A stretch of 32,000 nucleotides of DNA, from positions 1,230,001-1,262,000 of the forward strand of contig CP065004.1 in NCBI GenBank assembly GCA_016700135.1, in the 5' to 3' direction. Shown here piece after piece: positions 1 to 8,081 of this stretch (its first letter is position 1; every line of letters starts with the position of its first letter). The notes under the pieces are model-generated. The model worked only from the letters and a program-made list of their open reading frames with translations, ran no database searches and was not told the origin of the DNA. This stretch comes from Candidatus Saccharimonadota bacterium. GTDB lineage: Bacteria > Patescibacteriota > Microgenomatia > UBA1406 > GWC2-37-13. The position numbers and the translations under genes were made by a program.

Positions 1-146
1 CCGCCAGCTGGCGGATCGGACATCCACTTCGCTCACAAATTTTGATTACTTCGCTTTAATAAAAGCGAAGATACCGATTTTTTTTGCGACTTGGGAGGTG
101 CGCAGCTTATATATTCCGGCGAGCACGCCCACAGAGCATAAAAAAA
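1..146 (+). repeat. Composite intergenic hairpin element, copy A (left edge cut by window start)
   Basis: nt 1-50 match 2110-2159 at 48/50. nt 86-106 are identical to 2204-2224 and nt 113-145 to 2231-2263; only the 6-nt loop differs (ttatat vs tgacac). A private perfect 9-bp hairpin lies at 49-57/62-70. Module 2 is flanked by a T8 run (78-85) and an A7 run (140-146). Confidence 0.8.
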
Positions 147-173
147 TCGTATCGAGCAATAAAATCATCCCCC

Positions 174-1973
174 TTACCACCACTCATCATCCTCAACGGC
201 CTCATACTCCTCCTCATCCTCTTTTCTGATAAACCGTGACTTCATCGCCTCATTCCGGCGCCCGAAAATCATCCGCCTCCTGGCATGGGTGATGTACAGT
301 TTGTCTTTTGCCCGCGTTATCCCCACATAAAACAATCGCCGTTCCTCTTCAAGCTGATGCAGATCATCAATTGACCGTGAATGGGGAAGTATCCCCTCTT
401 CAAGTCCCGTGATAAATACATAATCAAACTCCAACCCCTTTGCCTGGTGAAGAGTCATCAGACGTACACCGTCTTTACTTTTTCCTCCCTTTTCCCCTTC
501 AAAATACTCAGATTCGACCAGTGCCACCTGCTCGAGAAACTCGACGATATTCGGGAAACTGAGAGCAACGGATTTCAGCTCCTTGATGTTTTCAAGTCTG
601 GCATAGTCTTCGGGAATATCAGGATCATACAGGCCGAGATACTCCGTCGATTCGAACACCTGATCCATAAGTTCGATTGTCGGAATTTCCTCAACGTTTT
701 CTTTGATATTCAGATACAGATCTTTGAACGCACTGAATCTTCTTTTCCCGATTTTTTTGACCCTTTCCAATGCTACCGTATCTTCAGGATGCAGGAACAA
801 CCGTAAATACGAAAGTATGTCTTTAATTTCTTTTCGTTCATAAAACCTTGTCCCGCCAATCAATGTATACGGGATCCCGTAATGAAGAAATACCTCTTCG
901 ATCGCACGTGACTGTGCGTTCGTCCGATACAGGACGGCAATGTCTGAGTATTGCGCTTTATTTGCGAGCTGCTGTATCACGTTTGCGATATAAATCGCCT
1001 CATCTTCTTCATTGTCAGCCGTATAGTACGTGATTTCTTCTCCGCCGTCGGCCTCGGTAAAAAGCTGCAGGATCGGATGGGTCTGATTTTCGGATATGAC
1101 TTCATACGCAAAATCGAGAATGTTTTGGGTAGAGCGATAATTTTGTTCCAGATTGATGACAACTGCTTCCGGAAAATCTTCACTGAATTTTTCAAGGTTC
1201 CTGATATCGGCACCGCGCCATGAATAAATACTCTGAGAGAAGTCACCGACAACCGTAATATTTTTGTGCTTTTCAGCAAGTTTTTGTGTCAGGACATACT
1301 GAGCGACGTTTGTGTCCTGGAACTCATCCACCAGAAGAAATTGATACCTGTCCTGATATTTTTCCAAAACGGGAGGATGTTTGCTGAAAAGCTCAACCAC
1401 CTTCATGATAAGATCGTCAAAATCCAGTGCATGATTTTTCTTCAATTCTTTCTGATACTGGTGATAAACCTCGGCTACTTCAGCGGCTTTGTAATATGAA
1501 AACAGTTCGAGATAATGACCCGGTGTGATAAGCTGATTTTTCGCTTCGGAGATTTTTGAAGAAAAGAAGCGCGGCGAGTATTTTGTGTTTATATTTTTCA
1601 AAATCTGCTTCAATACCTGCTGCTGATCGTCATCATCATAAATGACAAAATCACGCGGAATACCGATATGCTCTCCGTCGCGTCTGAGAAGCATACAGCA
1701 AAATGAATGAAAGGTCCCGACATAGCCGAGTGTTGCTTCATTTCCCGTCGATTTTGCGATCCTCTCTTTCATCTCACGTGCAGCTTTATTGGTGAAAGTG
1801 ATCATCACGATTTGATGAGGGTCAACCTGATGATTTTCAATAAGATTCAGGACTTTATGAATAAGGACTCTCGTCTTGCCCGATCCCGCCCCGGCAAGCA
1901 CCACCGACGGGCCTTCCACAATTTTGACTGCCTGCTGTTGCTGGGTATTTAAGCCTTTGAGTACATCGACCAT
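174..1973 (-). CDS. pcrA: UvrD/PcrA-family ATP-dependent DNA helicase (compact form)
   Basis: Long ORF with Walker A AGAGSGKT, motif II DEFQDT and motif VI VGITRAK. The track start at 1991 is TTG; the first ATG is at 1973 (MVDVLKGLN...). The protein ends in an acidic tail, EDDEWW. Confidence 0.85.
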   Translation of the reverse strand: MVDVLKGLNTQQQQAVKIVEGPSVVLAGAGSGKTRVLIHKVLNLIENHQVDPHQIVMITFTNKAAREMKERIAKSTGNEATLGYVGTFHSFCCMLLRRDGEHIGIPRDFVIYDDDDQQQVLKQILKNINTKYSPRFFSSKISEAKNQLITPGHYLELFSYYKAAEVAEVYHQYQKELKKNHALDFDDLIMKVVELFSKHPPVLEKYQDRYQFLLVDEFQDTNVAQYVLTQKLAEKHKNITVVGDFSQSIYSWRGADIRNLEKFSEDFPEAVVINLEQNYRSTQNILDFAYEVISENQTHPILQLFTEADGGEEITYYTADNEEDEAIYIANVIQQLANKAQYSDIAVLYRTNAQSRAIEEVFLHYGIPYTLIGGTRFYERKEIKDILSYLRLFLHPEDTVALERVKKIGKRRFSAFKDLYLNIKENVEEIPTIELMDQVFESTEYLGLYDPDIPEDYARLENIKELKSVALSFPNIVEFLEQVALVESEYFEGEKGGKSKDGVRLMTLHQAKGLEFDYVFITGLEEGILPHSRSIDDLHQLEEERRLFYVGITRAKDKLYITHARRRMIFGRRNEAMKSRFIRKEDEEEYEAVEDDEWW

Positions 1974-2021
1974 AGAGTATAATGATACCAAATCATTAGT
2001 TAGTCATGAAGAACGAGATTT

Positions 2022-2043
2022 ATAACATTATGTTTAATGTTAT
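2022..2043. promoter_or_regulatory. Perfect 9-bp inverted repeat (ataacatta-tgtt-taatgttat) about 50 nt upstream of the pcrA ATG; possible operator
   Basis: Arms 2022-2030 and 2035-2043 are exact reverse complements. It sits in the pcrA/tpiA divergent region. Confidence 0.25.
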
Positions 2044-2085
2044 GATGAACTTGTTTTAAGATCTGTGTTTAGAAGCTTGTAACCG

Positions 2086-2263
2086 AAAATTTGTTCGGAA
2101 GTGAACTCTCCGCCAGCTGGCGGATCTGACATCCACTTCACTCACAAATTTTGATTACTAGGCTTAACAAATAGCTTTTCTGTGTGCTCGATGCAATTTT
2201 TTTGCGACTTGGGAGGTGCGCAGCTGACACATTCCGGCGAGCACGCCCACAGAGCATAAAAAA
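2086..2263 (+). repeat. Composite intergenic hairpin element, copy B (complete)
   Basis: Module 1 is a ~67-nt imperfect palindrome (2086-2152) centred on ccgccag|ctggcgg (2110-2123), with aaaatttgt...acaaatttt ends. Module 2 (2197-2263) is T7-gcgacttgggaggtgcgcagc-loop-attccggcgagcacgcccacagagcat-A6. Same orientation as copy A. Confidence 0.85.
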
Positions 2264-2304
2264 TTACAGCGAGATTAAACAGTTAGTACATTATTATTCA
2301 AAGT

Positions 2305-2979
2305 ATGAAATACCTTATCGCAAACTGGAAAGCACAAACGACCCTTTTTGAAATAGACAAATGGATTGAAACATTTAAAGATCAGCTTGCAGGCGACATA
2401 AAACTTACGGAAAAACTGGCAGACAACACGGTCAAAATCATTATCTGTCCCCCGTTCCCCTTCATACTCTATGTCAAAAATCATTTTGAGAATATTTCCG
2501 GAATAGAAGTCGGCGCTCAGGATGTTTCTGCTTTCAAGGAAGGCAAATACACGGGTGAAGTTACTGCAAAAGCGCTTAAAGATATTACAAACTACAGCAT
2601 TGTCGCACACAGTGAACGCCGTGAACATTTTCAGGAAACCGAACAGGAAATCGAACATAAAGTCTCCATGTGTGATCAGTACAACATCTCCCCCATTCTT
2701 TGCATCAGGAATGCGACTGACACCGTGTATTCGTCGGTAAAAATTGTTGCATTCGAGCCCGTAGAAGCAATCGGCACCGGTGAAAATGCCGATGTCGAGT
2801 ATGTCCTTGAAATGAAGAAAAAAGTACAGTTACCTGAGGGCGCAGCATATCTTTATGGCGGCAGTGCCGATTCGAAGAATATCAATGACTACCTCAAGAC
2901 AGGAGAAATTGACGGATTTCTCGTAGGGACTGCATCGCTTGACCCGCAAGAATTCTACGCCATGGCGCGGGAAATGTGA
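2305..2979 (+). CDS. tpiA: Triosephosphate isomerase (short 224-aa form)
   Basis: Motifs ANWK, AHSERR, AFEPVEAIGTG and YGGS appear in canonical order. ATG start. Confidence 0.9.
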   Translation: MKYLIANWKAQTTLFEIDKWIETFKDQLAGDIKLTEKLADNTVKIIICPPFPFILYVKNHFENISGIEVGAQDVSAFKEGKYTGEVTAKALKDITNYSIVAHSERREHFQETEQEIEHKVSMCDQYNISPILCIRNATDTVYSSVKIVAFEPVEAIGTGENADVEYVLEMKKKVQLPEGAAYLYGGSADSKNINDYLKTGEIDGFLVGTASLDPQEFYAMAREM

Positions 2980-3228
2980 GTCTTCTTGATTGCACTCTCC
3001 TTCACACAATATTCATTTTAGACCGTTGTAATAATGCAATATGTACTTGTTATGATATAACACATATCCTATAAGAATAGTACAATTCCTCAATACATGG
3101 AGAAGTATTCCTTATAGTTACTACAAATTAGTTATTGTTCTGGATAAGTAAAGCATCTTACCTGAACGACTATTTGTATAAGCACTTTGACAACCGGATG
3201 CAAACAATACAGTGATTAAGAGAATAAA

Positions 3229-3279
3229 TCCTGACGGAGTATGAGGTTTGGAATATCCAGACTTGATAATCCGTCAGGA
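3229..3279 (+). promoter_or_regulatory. Extended stem-loop in the leader of the repeat-protein gene
   Basis: A 10-bp outer stem tcctgacgga/tccgtcagga (3229-3238 / 3270-3279) encloses an inner stem gtttgga/tccagac. It lies 60 nt upstream of the ATG at 3340, with no U-tract after it. Confidence 0.35.
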
Positions 3280-3339
3280 GGACGGAAGAAAAGAACAACT
3301 TCAGATTGAACACTCTCTACATGAAAGGACAGGTGTAAG

Positions 3340-6300
3340 ATGCGTTTCGTTCGAAGGATTCGTCAGGTTGTAACAATTGTCTGTATCGTTGTATATCTGC
3401 TGGCAAACGGGATTCCTCACGCTGATCCATCAAAGGTTGCACAAGCAGCCGGAACATTCACTATCAGTGGTATGGTCACCGTCAATGGACAAACAGTTTG
3501 GGACGGTTTTGGCGTGAAAATAACCGGAAGCCGTGGCACGACTATGTGGGCAGAGACTCGTGGAGGATGGTATCAGTTCACGGGGTTTTCCTCAGGAACA
3601 TATACCATCGGACACAACAGTAGTTGTACCCCTAATGCTCAGCTAATCTCCATTACAGGCAGCACTCGCTATGACATTCACTTGACATGCCAGACGTACA
3701 CTCTGGGCGGTTATGTGGCTATCAACGGCAAACCAGCCTGGAAAGGATTCGGAGTAAAGGCAACATTGGGTGATTGGAGTACCAAGTGGGGAGAAGTTGT
3801 GACGGATGACGGCTGGTATGAGTTTAAAGGCAGCAATGCTCTTATTGCCGGCAACTATGTCATACATCATAACCACAATTGCCCCTCGACAACCCCTGTC
3901 CCTATCTCGATTCCCGCGACCAACAACCGAGGACCTGATATAAACCTTGACTGCCCGACATACACTCTCAATGGGTATGTCAAGATAAACGGAGTCCCGG
4001 CATGGAAGGGTTTTGGAGTAAAGGCAACATTCGGAGACGGAACAACATTGTGGGCAAAAGTTGAGACTGATGATGGCTGGTATGAATTTCGTGATGCCAG
4101 TCGACTGATCCAAGGGAATTATGTGATCAGTCATAATCATAGCTGTCCTTCCAATGCCCCAATCCCTATCGGTATTCCTGCCACAAACAATCGCGGTCCT
4201 GATCTCTACCTGGATTGCCCGACTTTTCCGCTCCATGGCAAAGTCTATGTTAATGGAGAGCCTGCATGGAAAGGATTTGGTGTCAAGGTAACGATTAACG
4301 GCTGGATGACTAAATGGATTCAAACACAGGGTGATGATGGATATTACGAGTTTTCCGGAGGTAATGCGCTTCTCGAAGCCGACTATGTAATACATCACAA
4401 TCATCCGTGTGAATCAAACACCCCCGCCGGTATTCATGTCCCAGCAGCAAACAATCAAGGTCCGAATATTTACATTACCTGTCCTGATACAAAACATCCG
4501 CTCTATGGATACGTAACTGTAAATGGAAGACCTGCATGGAAAGGTTTCGGAGTAGCTGCAGCTCGCAAGAACGGCAGTACGAAGTGGGTTCTGACGGATA
4601 CAAGCGGCAGATATGAATTCAGTGGAGATGATATCCTCACTGAAGGCGAATACACAATTCGTCACAATCATAACTGCCCATCAAACAACGATGTCACGGT
4701 ATGGATTCCCAGCAATGGAAACCGGGGACCCGATTTTGACATCAGATGTCCTGCATACACTCTCTACGGCTATATCACAATTGACGGCACGCCCGCCTGG
4801 AAGGATTTTGGTGTAAAAGCCTCTCTCAAAGACGGTACGACTGTCTGGGCATTGACTGATGAGAACGGACGCTATGAGTTCAAAGGAGATGTCAGTCTGA
4901 TCGAAGCCGATTACACCATCCATCACAATCACCCGTGTCCATCTGATTCACCGACCAATGTTCACGTCCCATCAACAGGCAACCGAGGACCGGATATCCA
5001 TCTGACGTGCGGAAGTTTCAACCTGACCGGAAGAGTAACTGTTGATGGCAGCCCTGCTTGGAAGACTTTTGGAGTCAAGGCTGTGGGTAGCAATGGTAAA
5101 TCGTACTGGGCACTTGTTCATGACAATGACGGTCACTTTGCTTTTTCGAATCTGCCACGGGATACCTACTATGTGGGGCATGTTCACAACTGCGCTACTG
5201 AAGAGGGAAATCCCGTCACGATCGATCTGACAACTGACCGCTCAGCAGATTTCAACATCAAGTGTCAACCATCACCGGTACCTACACCTACACCGATCCC
5301 TATTGATCCTCCGGGAGGCTGCGTGGGATTAGAGACACGCGAGCGGCCAATGCAGCAATATAGCATCAAGCAAGATTTCGTTGCCTACTATATTGTTTCC
5401 AAAGCTACTTCTACTCTCAAATCAAACGCTTGTCCCGGTGCGATCTTTACGATTGGAGACATCACGACCGGTAAGCTTCTGTCGTTCGGATCCCATGGAA
5501 GCTACATTGATGTCTACAACGACGGTCGCATCAAAACCAACATAGAGAGCATCACCGCCAATCCTAAGTTTGAGTGCGGATTGGTCTGGGAAGTGATCAC
5601 GAACAAAAAGTATGCCTATTCATGTGAGACGTCCTACGGGGCATCGGCCAATTTGCCCAACCTCAACGGCAATATCACGCTGAACACGAAGATTGAGCAT
5701 GAAGTACATGTCCGAGGTGATCAACTTGCTTTGTCACTCGCATGGTCCATCTCAGAGATGACGAGGAAAGTTGAATCAATTAACATACAACTAACCGATC
5801 CCAATACGGTAGTAGGAATTTTTGGGTTAGGTATGATTGGTATGATACTCTACAACATGTCTCTCAAGTTCTTTGTATTTCCAATATTTTGGGGTGAGCC
5901 CAGTCCTGAACCGGCAGCAGTAGCGAGTAGCCTGAGTGATGAGCTTCCTGAAGAAATCCTCAGCGATCTCAAGGCAGCAATAGGTGAAGGTGCTGCTACT
6001 AAGGGTGTATGGTCAGAAATGGAAGTTTCCAGAGAAGGACCATCAACGCTGAAGCTTCAAGCTGACGGATTCAGCCCCACGGGTGGTGTCTATGTCCTTG
6101 TGACGGAAGATGAGTTGAGTTTCCCGAACGAAGCACCACTTCACGAAGGGAGCTATTCCGCTGATACTGATGGCCATGTCTATCTACAGATTCCATTGTC
6201 TGCATTGTCAGAGAAGCCTCTCGTAGTAATAGCCGTTGATCTTGAAGACTTCCGGTCACAGTACGCTCGGTATCTGAAAGGAGACATCGACGAGATTCAT

Positions 6301-6375
6301 TATCGAGGAACAGCAGCAGTTTTGCATTCGGACAATGTCACAAGCAGCCTTTACCTGCCTCTAGTCGAGCGGTAA
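3340..6375 (+). CDS. Large envelope protein: signal/anchor, 7 tandem ~85-88-aa domains, Pro/Thr linker, Cys-containing domain, one TM helix, acidic C-terminal tail
   Basis: 1011-codon ORF with an ATG start and an SD-like aaaggacaggtg upstream. The N-terminus is Arg-rich then hydrophobic, ending AQAAG. A TM segment VVGIFGLGMIGMILYNMSLKFFVFPIFW is encoded at nt 5809-5892. No enzyme motif recognised. Confidence 0.85.
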   Translation: MRFVRRIRQVVTIVCIVVYLLANGIPHADPSKVAQAAGTFTISGMVTVNGQTVWDGFGVKITGSRGTTMWAETRGGWYQFTGFSSGTYTIGHNSSCTPNAQLISITGSTRYDIHLTCQTYTLGGYVAINGKPAWKGFGVKATLGDWSTKWGEVVTDDGWYEFKGSNALIAGNYVIHHNHNCPSTTPVPISIPATNNRGPDINLDCPTYTLNGYVKINGVPAWKGFGVKATFGDGTTLWAKVETDDGWYEFRDASRLIQGNYVISHNHSCPSNAPIPIGIPATNNRGPDLYLDCPTFPLHGKVYVNGEPAWKGFGVKVTINGWMTKWIQTQGDDGYYEFSGGNALLEADYVIHHNHPCESNTPAGIHVPAANNQGPNIYITCPDTKHPLYGYVTVNGRPAWKGFGVAAARKNGSTKWVLTDTSGRYEFSGDDILTEGEYTIRHNHNCPSNNDVTVWIPSNGNRGPDFDIRCPAYTLYGYITIDGTPAWKDFGVKASLKDGTTVWALTDENGRYEFKGDVSLIEADYTIHHNHPCPSDSPTNVHVPSTGNRGPDIHLTCGSFNLTGRVTVDGSPAWKTFGVKAVGSNGKSYWALVHDNDGHFAFSNLPRDTYYVGHVHNCATEEGNPVTIDLTTDRSADFNIKCQPSPVPTPTPIPIDPPGGCVGLETRERPMQQYSIKQDFVAYYIVSKATSTLKSNACPGAIFTIGDITTGKLLSFGSHGSYIDVYNDGRIKTNIESITANPKFECGLVWEVITNKKYAYSCETSYGASANLPNLNGNITLNTKIEHEVHVRGDQLALSLAWSISEMTRKVESINIQLTDPNTVVGIFGLGMIGMILYNMSLKFFVFPIFWGEPSPEPAAVASSLSDELPEEILSDLKAAIGEGAATKGVWSEMEVSREGPSTLKLQADGFSPTGGVYVLVTEDELSFPNEAPLHEGSYSADTDGHVYLQIPLSALSEKPLVVIAVDLEDFRSQYARYLKGDIDEIHYRGTAAVLHSDNVTSSLYLPLVER
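3454..5268 (+). repeat. In-frame tandem coding repeat, seven units of about 255-276 nt
   Basis: Unit starts are at nt 3454, 3694, 3958, 4222, 4498, 4753 and 5014. Shared protein pattern: GYVxxNGxPAWKGFGVK...DDGWYEF...YxIxHNHxCPS...NxGPD...CP. Adjacent units R2 and R3 differ at many synonymous sites. Confidence 0.9.
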
Positions 6376-6382
6376 ATGGCAA

Positions 6383-6415
6383 TGTGGAGCACCTGGTAAC
6401 ACCAGGTGCTCCACA
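6383..6415 (+). terminator. Perfect 15-bp hairpin directly after the repeat-protein stop codon
   Basis: tgtggagcacctggt-aac-accaggtgctccaca starts 8 nt after the TAA at 6373-6375. No U-tract follows, so intrinsic termination is uncertain. Confidence 0.45.
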
Positions 6416-6445
6416 ATAGATTCTATTCCAATAATTGATACATAT

Positions 6446-6454
6446 TGATATAAT
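6446..6454 (+). promoter_or_regulatory. Extended -10 element TGATATAAT
   Basis: Matches the TGnTATAAT consensus exactly. It ends 7 nt before the ATG at 6462, which predicts a leaderless or near-leaderless transcript. Confidence 0.4.
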
Positions 6455-6461
6455 AAGCACT

Positions 6462-7187
6462 ATGAGTAACAACCAAAAAAAGCAAATAACTATATTTGAT
6501 TTTATATTTGAAATAATGCGGGGAACTTACCTTGCATTTCTTTTTTGCACGGGATTCGCAGGTTTGTTAATGGTTCTAGCATACAAATATACTTATGTTC
6601 CTTCTAATGTATTTTTGTATCTCATTGCTCATCCTTTTTTTGGATTAATAACTCTTGCAGTTTTAGTAATTCTTTTTTTTAGATACTTGCCTAGAGCTTT
6701 TTTTATAGCTAACAGGCTTCAATTCTCACAATCTAAGACGGCACGTGTTTATAATCATAATAAAAATGTATTAAAATCTAGCTTTTTTCAAAACAGCAAT
6801 ATAATTGTTAGCTTTTTAACGTTTAATATTATTTTAATTCTGTCGCTTCTTCAAACGATCGATGGTTTATTTTGGGGAAGACGATTAACCTCACTTAATG
6901 ATTTATTTAATGGTAAATATACTTCCTTCACCGATCCGGGTATGTGGATATGGTCATTGGTTTACTTTATTCAAATCTTGATCATATTCTTCTACCTAAA
7001 ATACAAATACGAATCCCCGAAACAGAAACCTCTCATTGATAAAACGATGGAGATATACAACAGTCCGGAAGCGGCACAATATCGGGAATCTAAATACGGA
7101 AGATATATCACCGTTTTTCTCCTCTCAGGATTCTGGATATTTCTCCACCAAATCGCACTTGTACTTATTCGTATTTTTAATCAATAA
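6462..7187 (+). CDS. Polytopic membrane protein, unknown family
   Basis: About five hydrophobic helices (e.g. YLAFLFCTGFAGLLMVLAY, MWIWSLVYFIQILIIFFYL). Sampled lines are ~30% GC. The track start at 6435 is TTG; the first ATG is at 6462. Confidence 0.6.
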   Translation: MSNNQKKQITIFDFIFEIMRGTYLAFLFCTGFAGLLMVLAYKYTYVPSNVFLYLIAHPFFGLITLAVLVILFFRYLPRAFFIANRLQFSQSKTARVYNHNKNVLKSSFFQNSNIIVSFLTFNIILILSLLQTIDGLFWGRRLTSLNDLFNGKYTSFTDPGMWIWSLVYFIQILIIFFYLKYKYESPKQKPLIDKTMEIYNSPEAAQYRESKYGRYITVFLLSGFWIFLHQIALVLIRIFNQ

Positions 7188-8066
7188 ATGAAAAACAAAG
7201 GAATCGTATTTATTATCGCTGCAATATGTATTGCACTTTTATATTTTGGTGCTACAAATCTCTCCCTTTTGCAAAATTCTTTACAAAAAGTGGGATTAGC
7301 AGAAGAACTGCATAAAGACTGGAACAGTCTCTATAGTAAACCATGTGGCATATATATAAAATACCCTGAAGACTGGGAAGCAATCTTACAGGAGAAGAAT
7401 GATCCGTTCTTAATGTGCCAAATTACTTTAGATGCACCGGGTAAAGGAGGAAGTATATTTATTAGTGGTAACGATAAAAACCATAACGATCAATACAATG
7501 ATGAAAAAAGGTATCCGACAGTTCGAAAAATCGGGAGATATAGCGGGCGGTACAATGAAACTTCCATTGATTGGTACTATGCTGAATCATATTATTTAGC
7601 TATTAATGATATAGCTTATGCAATCTCGTTCGAAACATCCAATAAAAACGATAAAGAAATTTTCTACGAGATTTTTGATACACTAACACTTCAAGAGTCC
7701 AATATTGATAAGTCATATGCAGATAATCCATACATTCCCAAAGAAGAAGACAGACCTTTATATTTTGACGGCCAGGAAATGAGCAAAGAGACATATTTAC
7801 TTATAAAAAATAATGAATCAAAACTGGATCAGTACGTAACGTCTACTGACACACAAAAGACTTTTAATGTAGAAGCTGCCAAAGCTGCAGGTTTTGATCC
7901 TATTGTTATCGAATATAAAACGGCATTTATCGAGTATCAAAACGCCTTTACCCAACAAATTCTTTCCCCTCCATCCACTGATCTTAAATTCATGAAAGTG
8001 ATGGATAAATATCCCATACTTAAACAATATATACTAGCTGAAAATAAATATAAAACTGTGAATTAA
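7188..8066 (+). CDS. Membrane-anchored or secreted protein, unknown family
   Basis: The ATG follows the upstream TAA with a 0-nt gap. An N-terminal hydrophobic segment GIVFIIAAICIALLYFGA precedes ~260 hydrophilic residues rich in Lys, Asn and Tyr. Confidence 0.6.
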   Translation: MKNKGIVFIIAAICIALLYFGATNLSLLQNSLQKVGLAEELHKDWNSLYSKPCGIYIKYPEDWEAILQEKNDPFLMCQITLDAPGKGGSIFISGNDKNHNDQYNDEKRYPTVRKIGRYSGRYNETSIDWYYAESYYLAINDIAYAISFETSNKNDKEIFYEIFDTLTLQESNIDKSYADNPYIPKEEDRPLYFDGQEMSKETYLLIKNNESKLDQYVTSTDTQKTFNVEAAKAAGFDPIVIEYKTAFIEYQNAFTQQILSPPSTDLKFMKVMDKYPILKQYILAENKYKTVN

Positions 8067-8081
8067 TTGGAAAATAAAATA

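Noticed and set aside
381-1952. Plus-strand and alternative minus-frame ORFs 381-806, 848-1033, 951-1223, 977-1279, 1266-1499 and 1707-1952
   Set aside because: These are antisense or out of frame within the motif-bearing pcrA ORF. Their products are low-complexity with no motifs.
2275-2658. 127-aa minus-strand ORF overlapping the tpiA start region
   Set aside because: It is antisense to tpiA, which carries all TIM signature motifs. It would also run into the copy B repeat element.
2980-3339. A tRNA or other small RNA gene in the AT-rich gaps (2980-3339, 11848-12026, 19145-19667)
   Set aside because: No T-loop-like GGTTCRAWTCC with flanking stems, no acceptor or CCA-type ends, and no SRP, tmRNA or RNase P signatures were visible by eye. 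A gttcaattcc string near 19305 lacks complementary flanks.
3643-5187. A series of minus-strand and alternative-frame ORFs (3643-4404, 4414-4671, 4681-4932, 4972-5187, 4613-4816, 5042-5230) inside the repeat-protein gene
   Set aside because: All lie fully within the 1011-codon plus-strand ORF, whose translation has a coherent seven-fold domain structure. The antisense ORFs recur only because the underlying DNA is repetitive. Their products are low-complexity with no motifs.
3454-5268. The recurring H-N-H tripeptide as evidence of an HNH endonuclease
   Set aside because: The HNH nuclease motif is a spaced beta-beta-alpha-metal fold, not a contiguous H-N-H tripeptide. Here the tripeptide recurs in a predicted extracytoplasmic repeat next to Cys-Pro, so it is more likely structural or metal-binding.
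3454-5268. The repeat array as a diversity-generating retroelement target (variable/template repeat pair)
   Set aside because: There is no reverse transcriptase gene and no non-coding template copy in the window. Differences between units are spread over all bases and many are synonymous, not adenine-specific.
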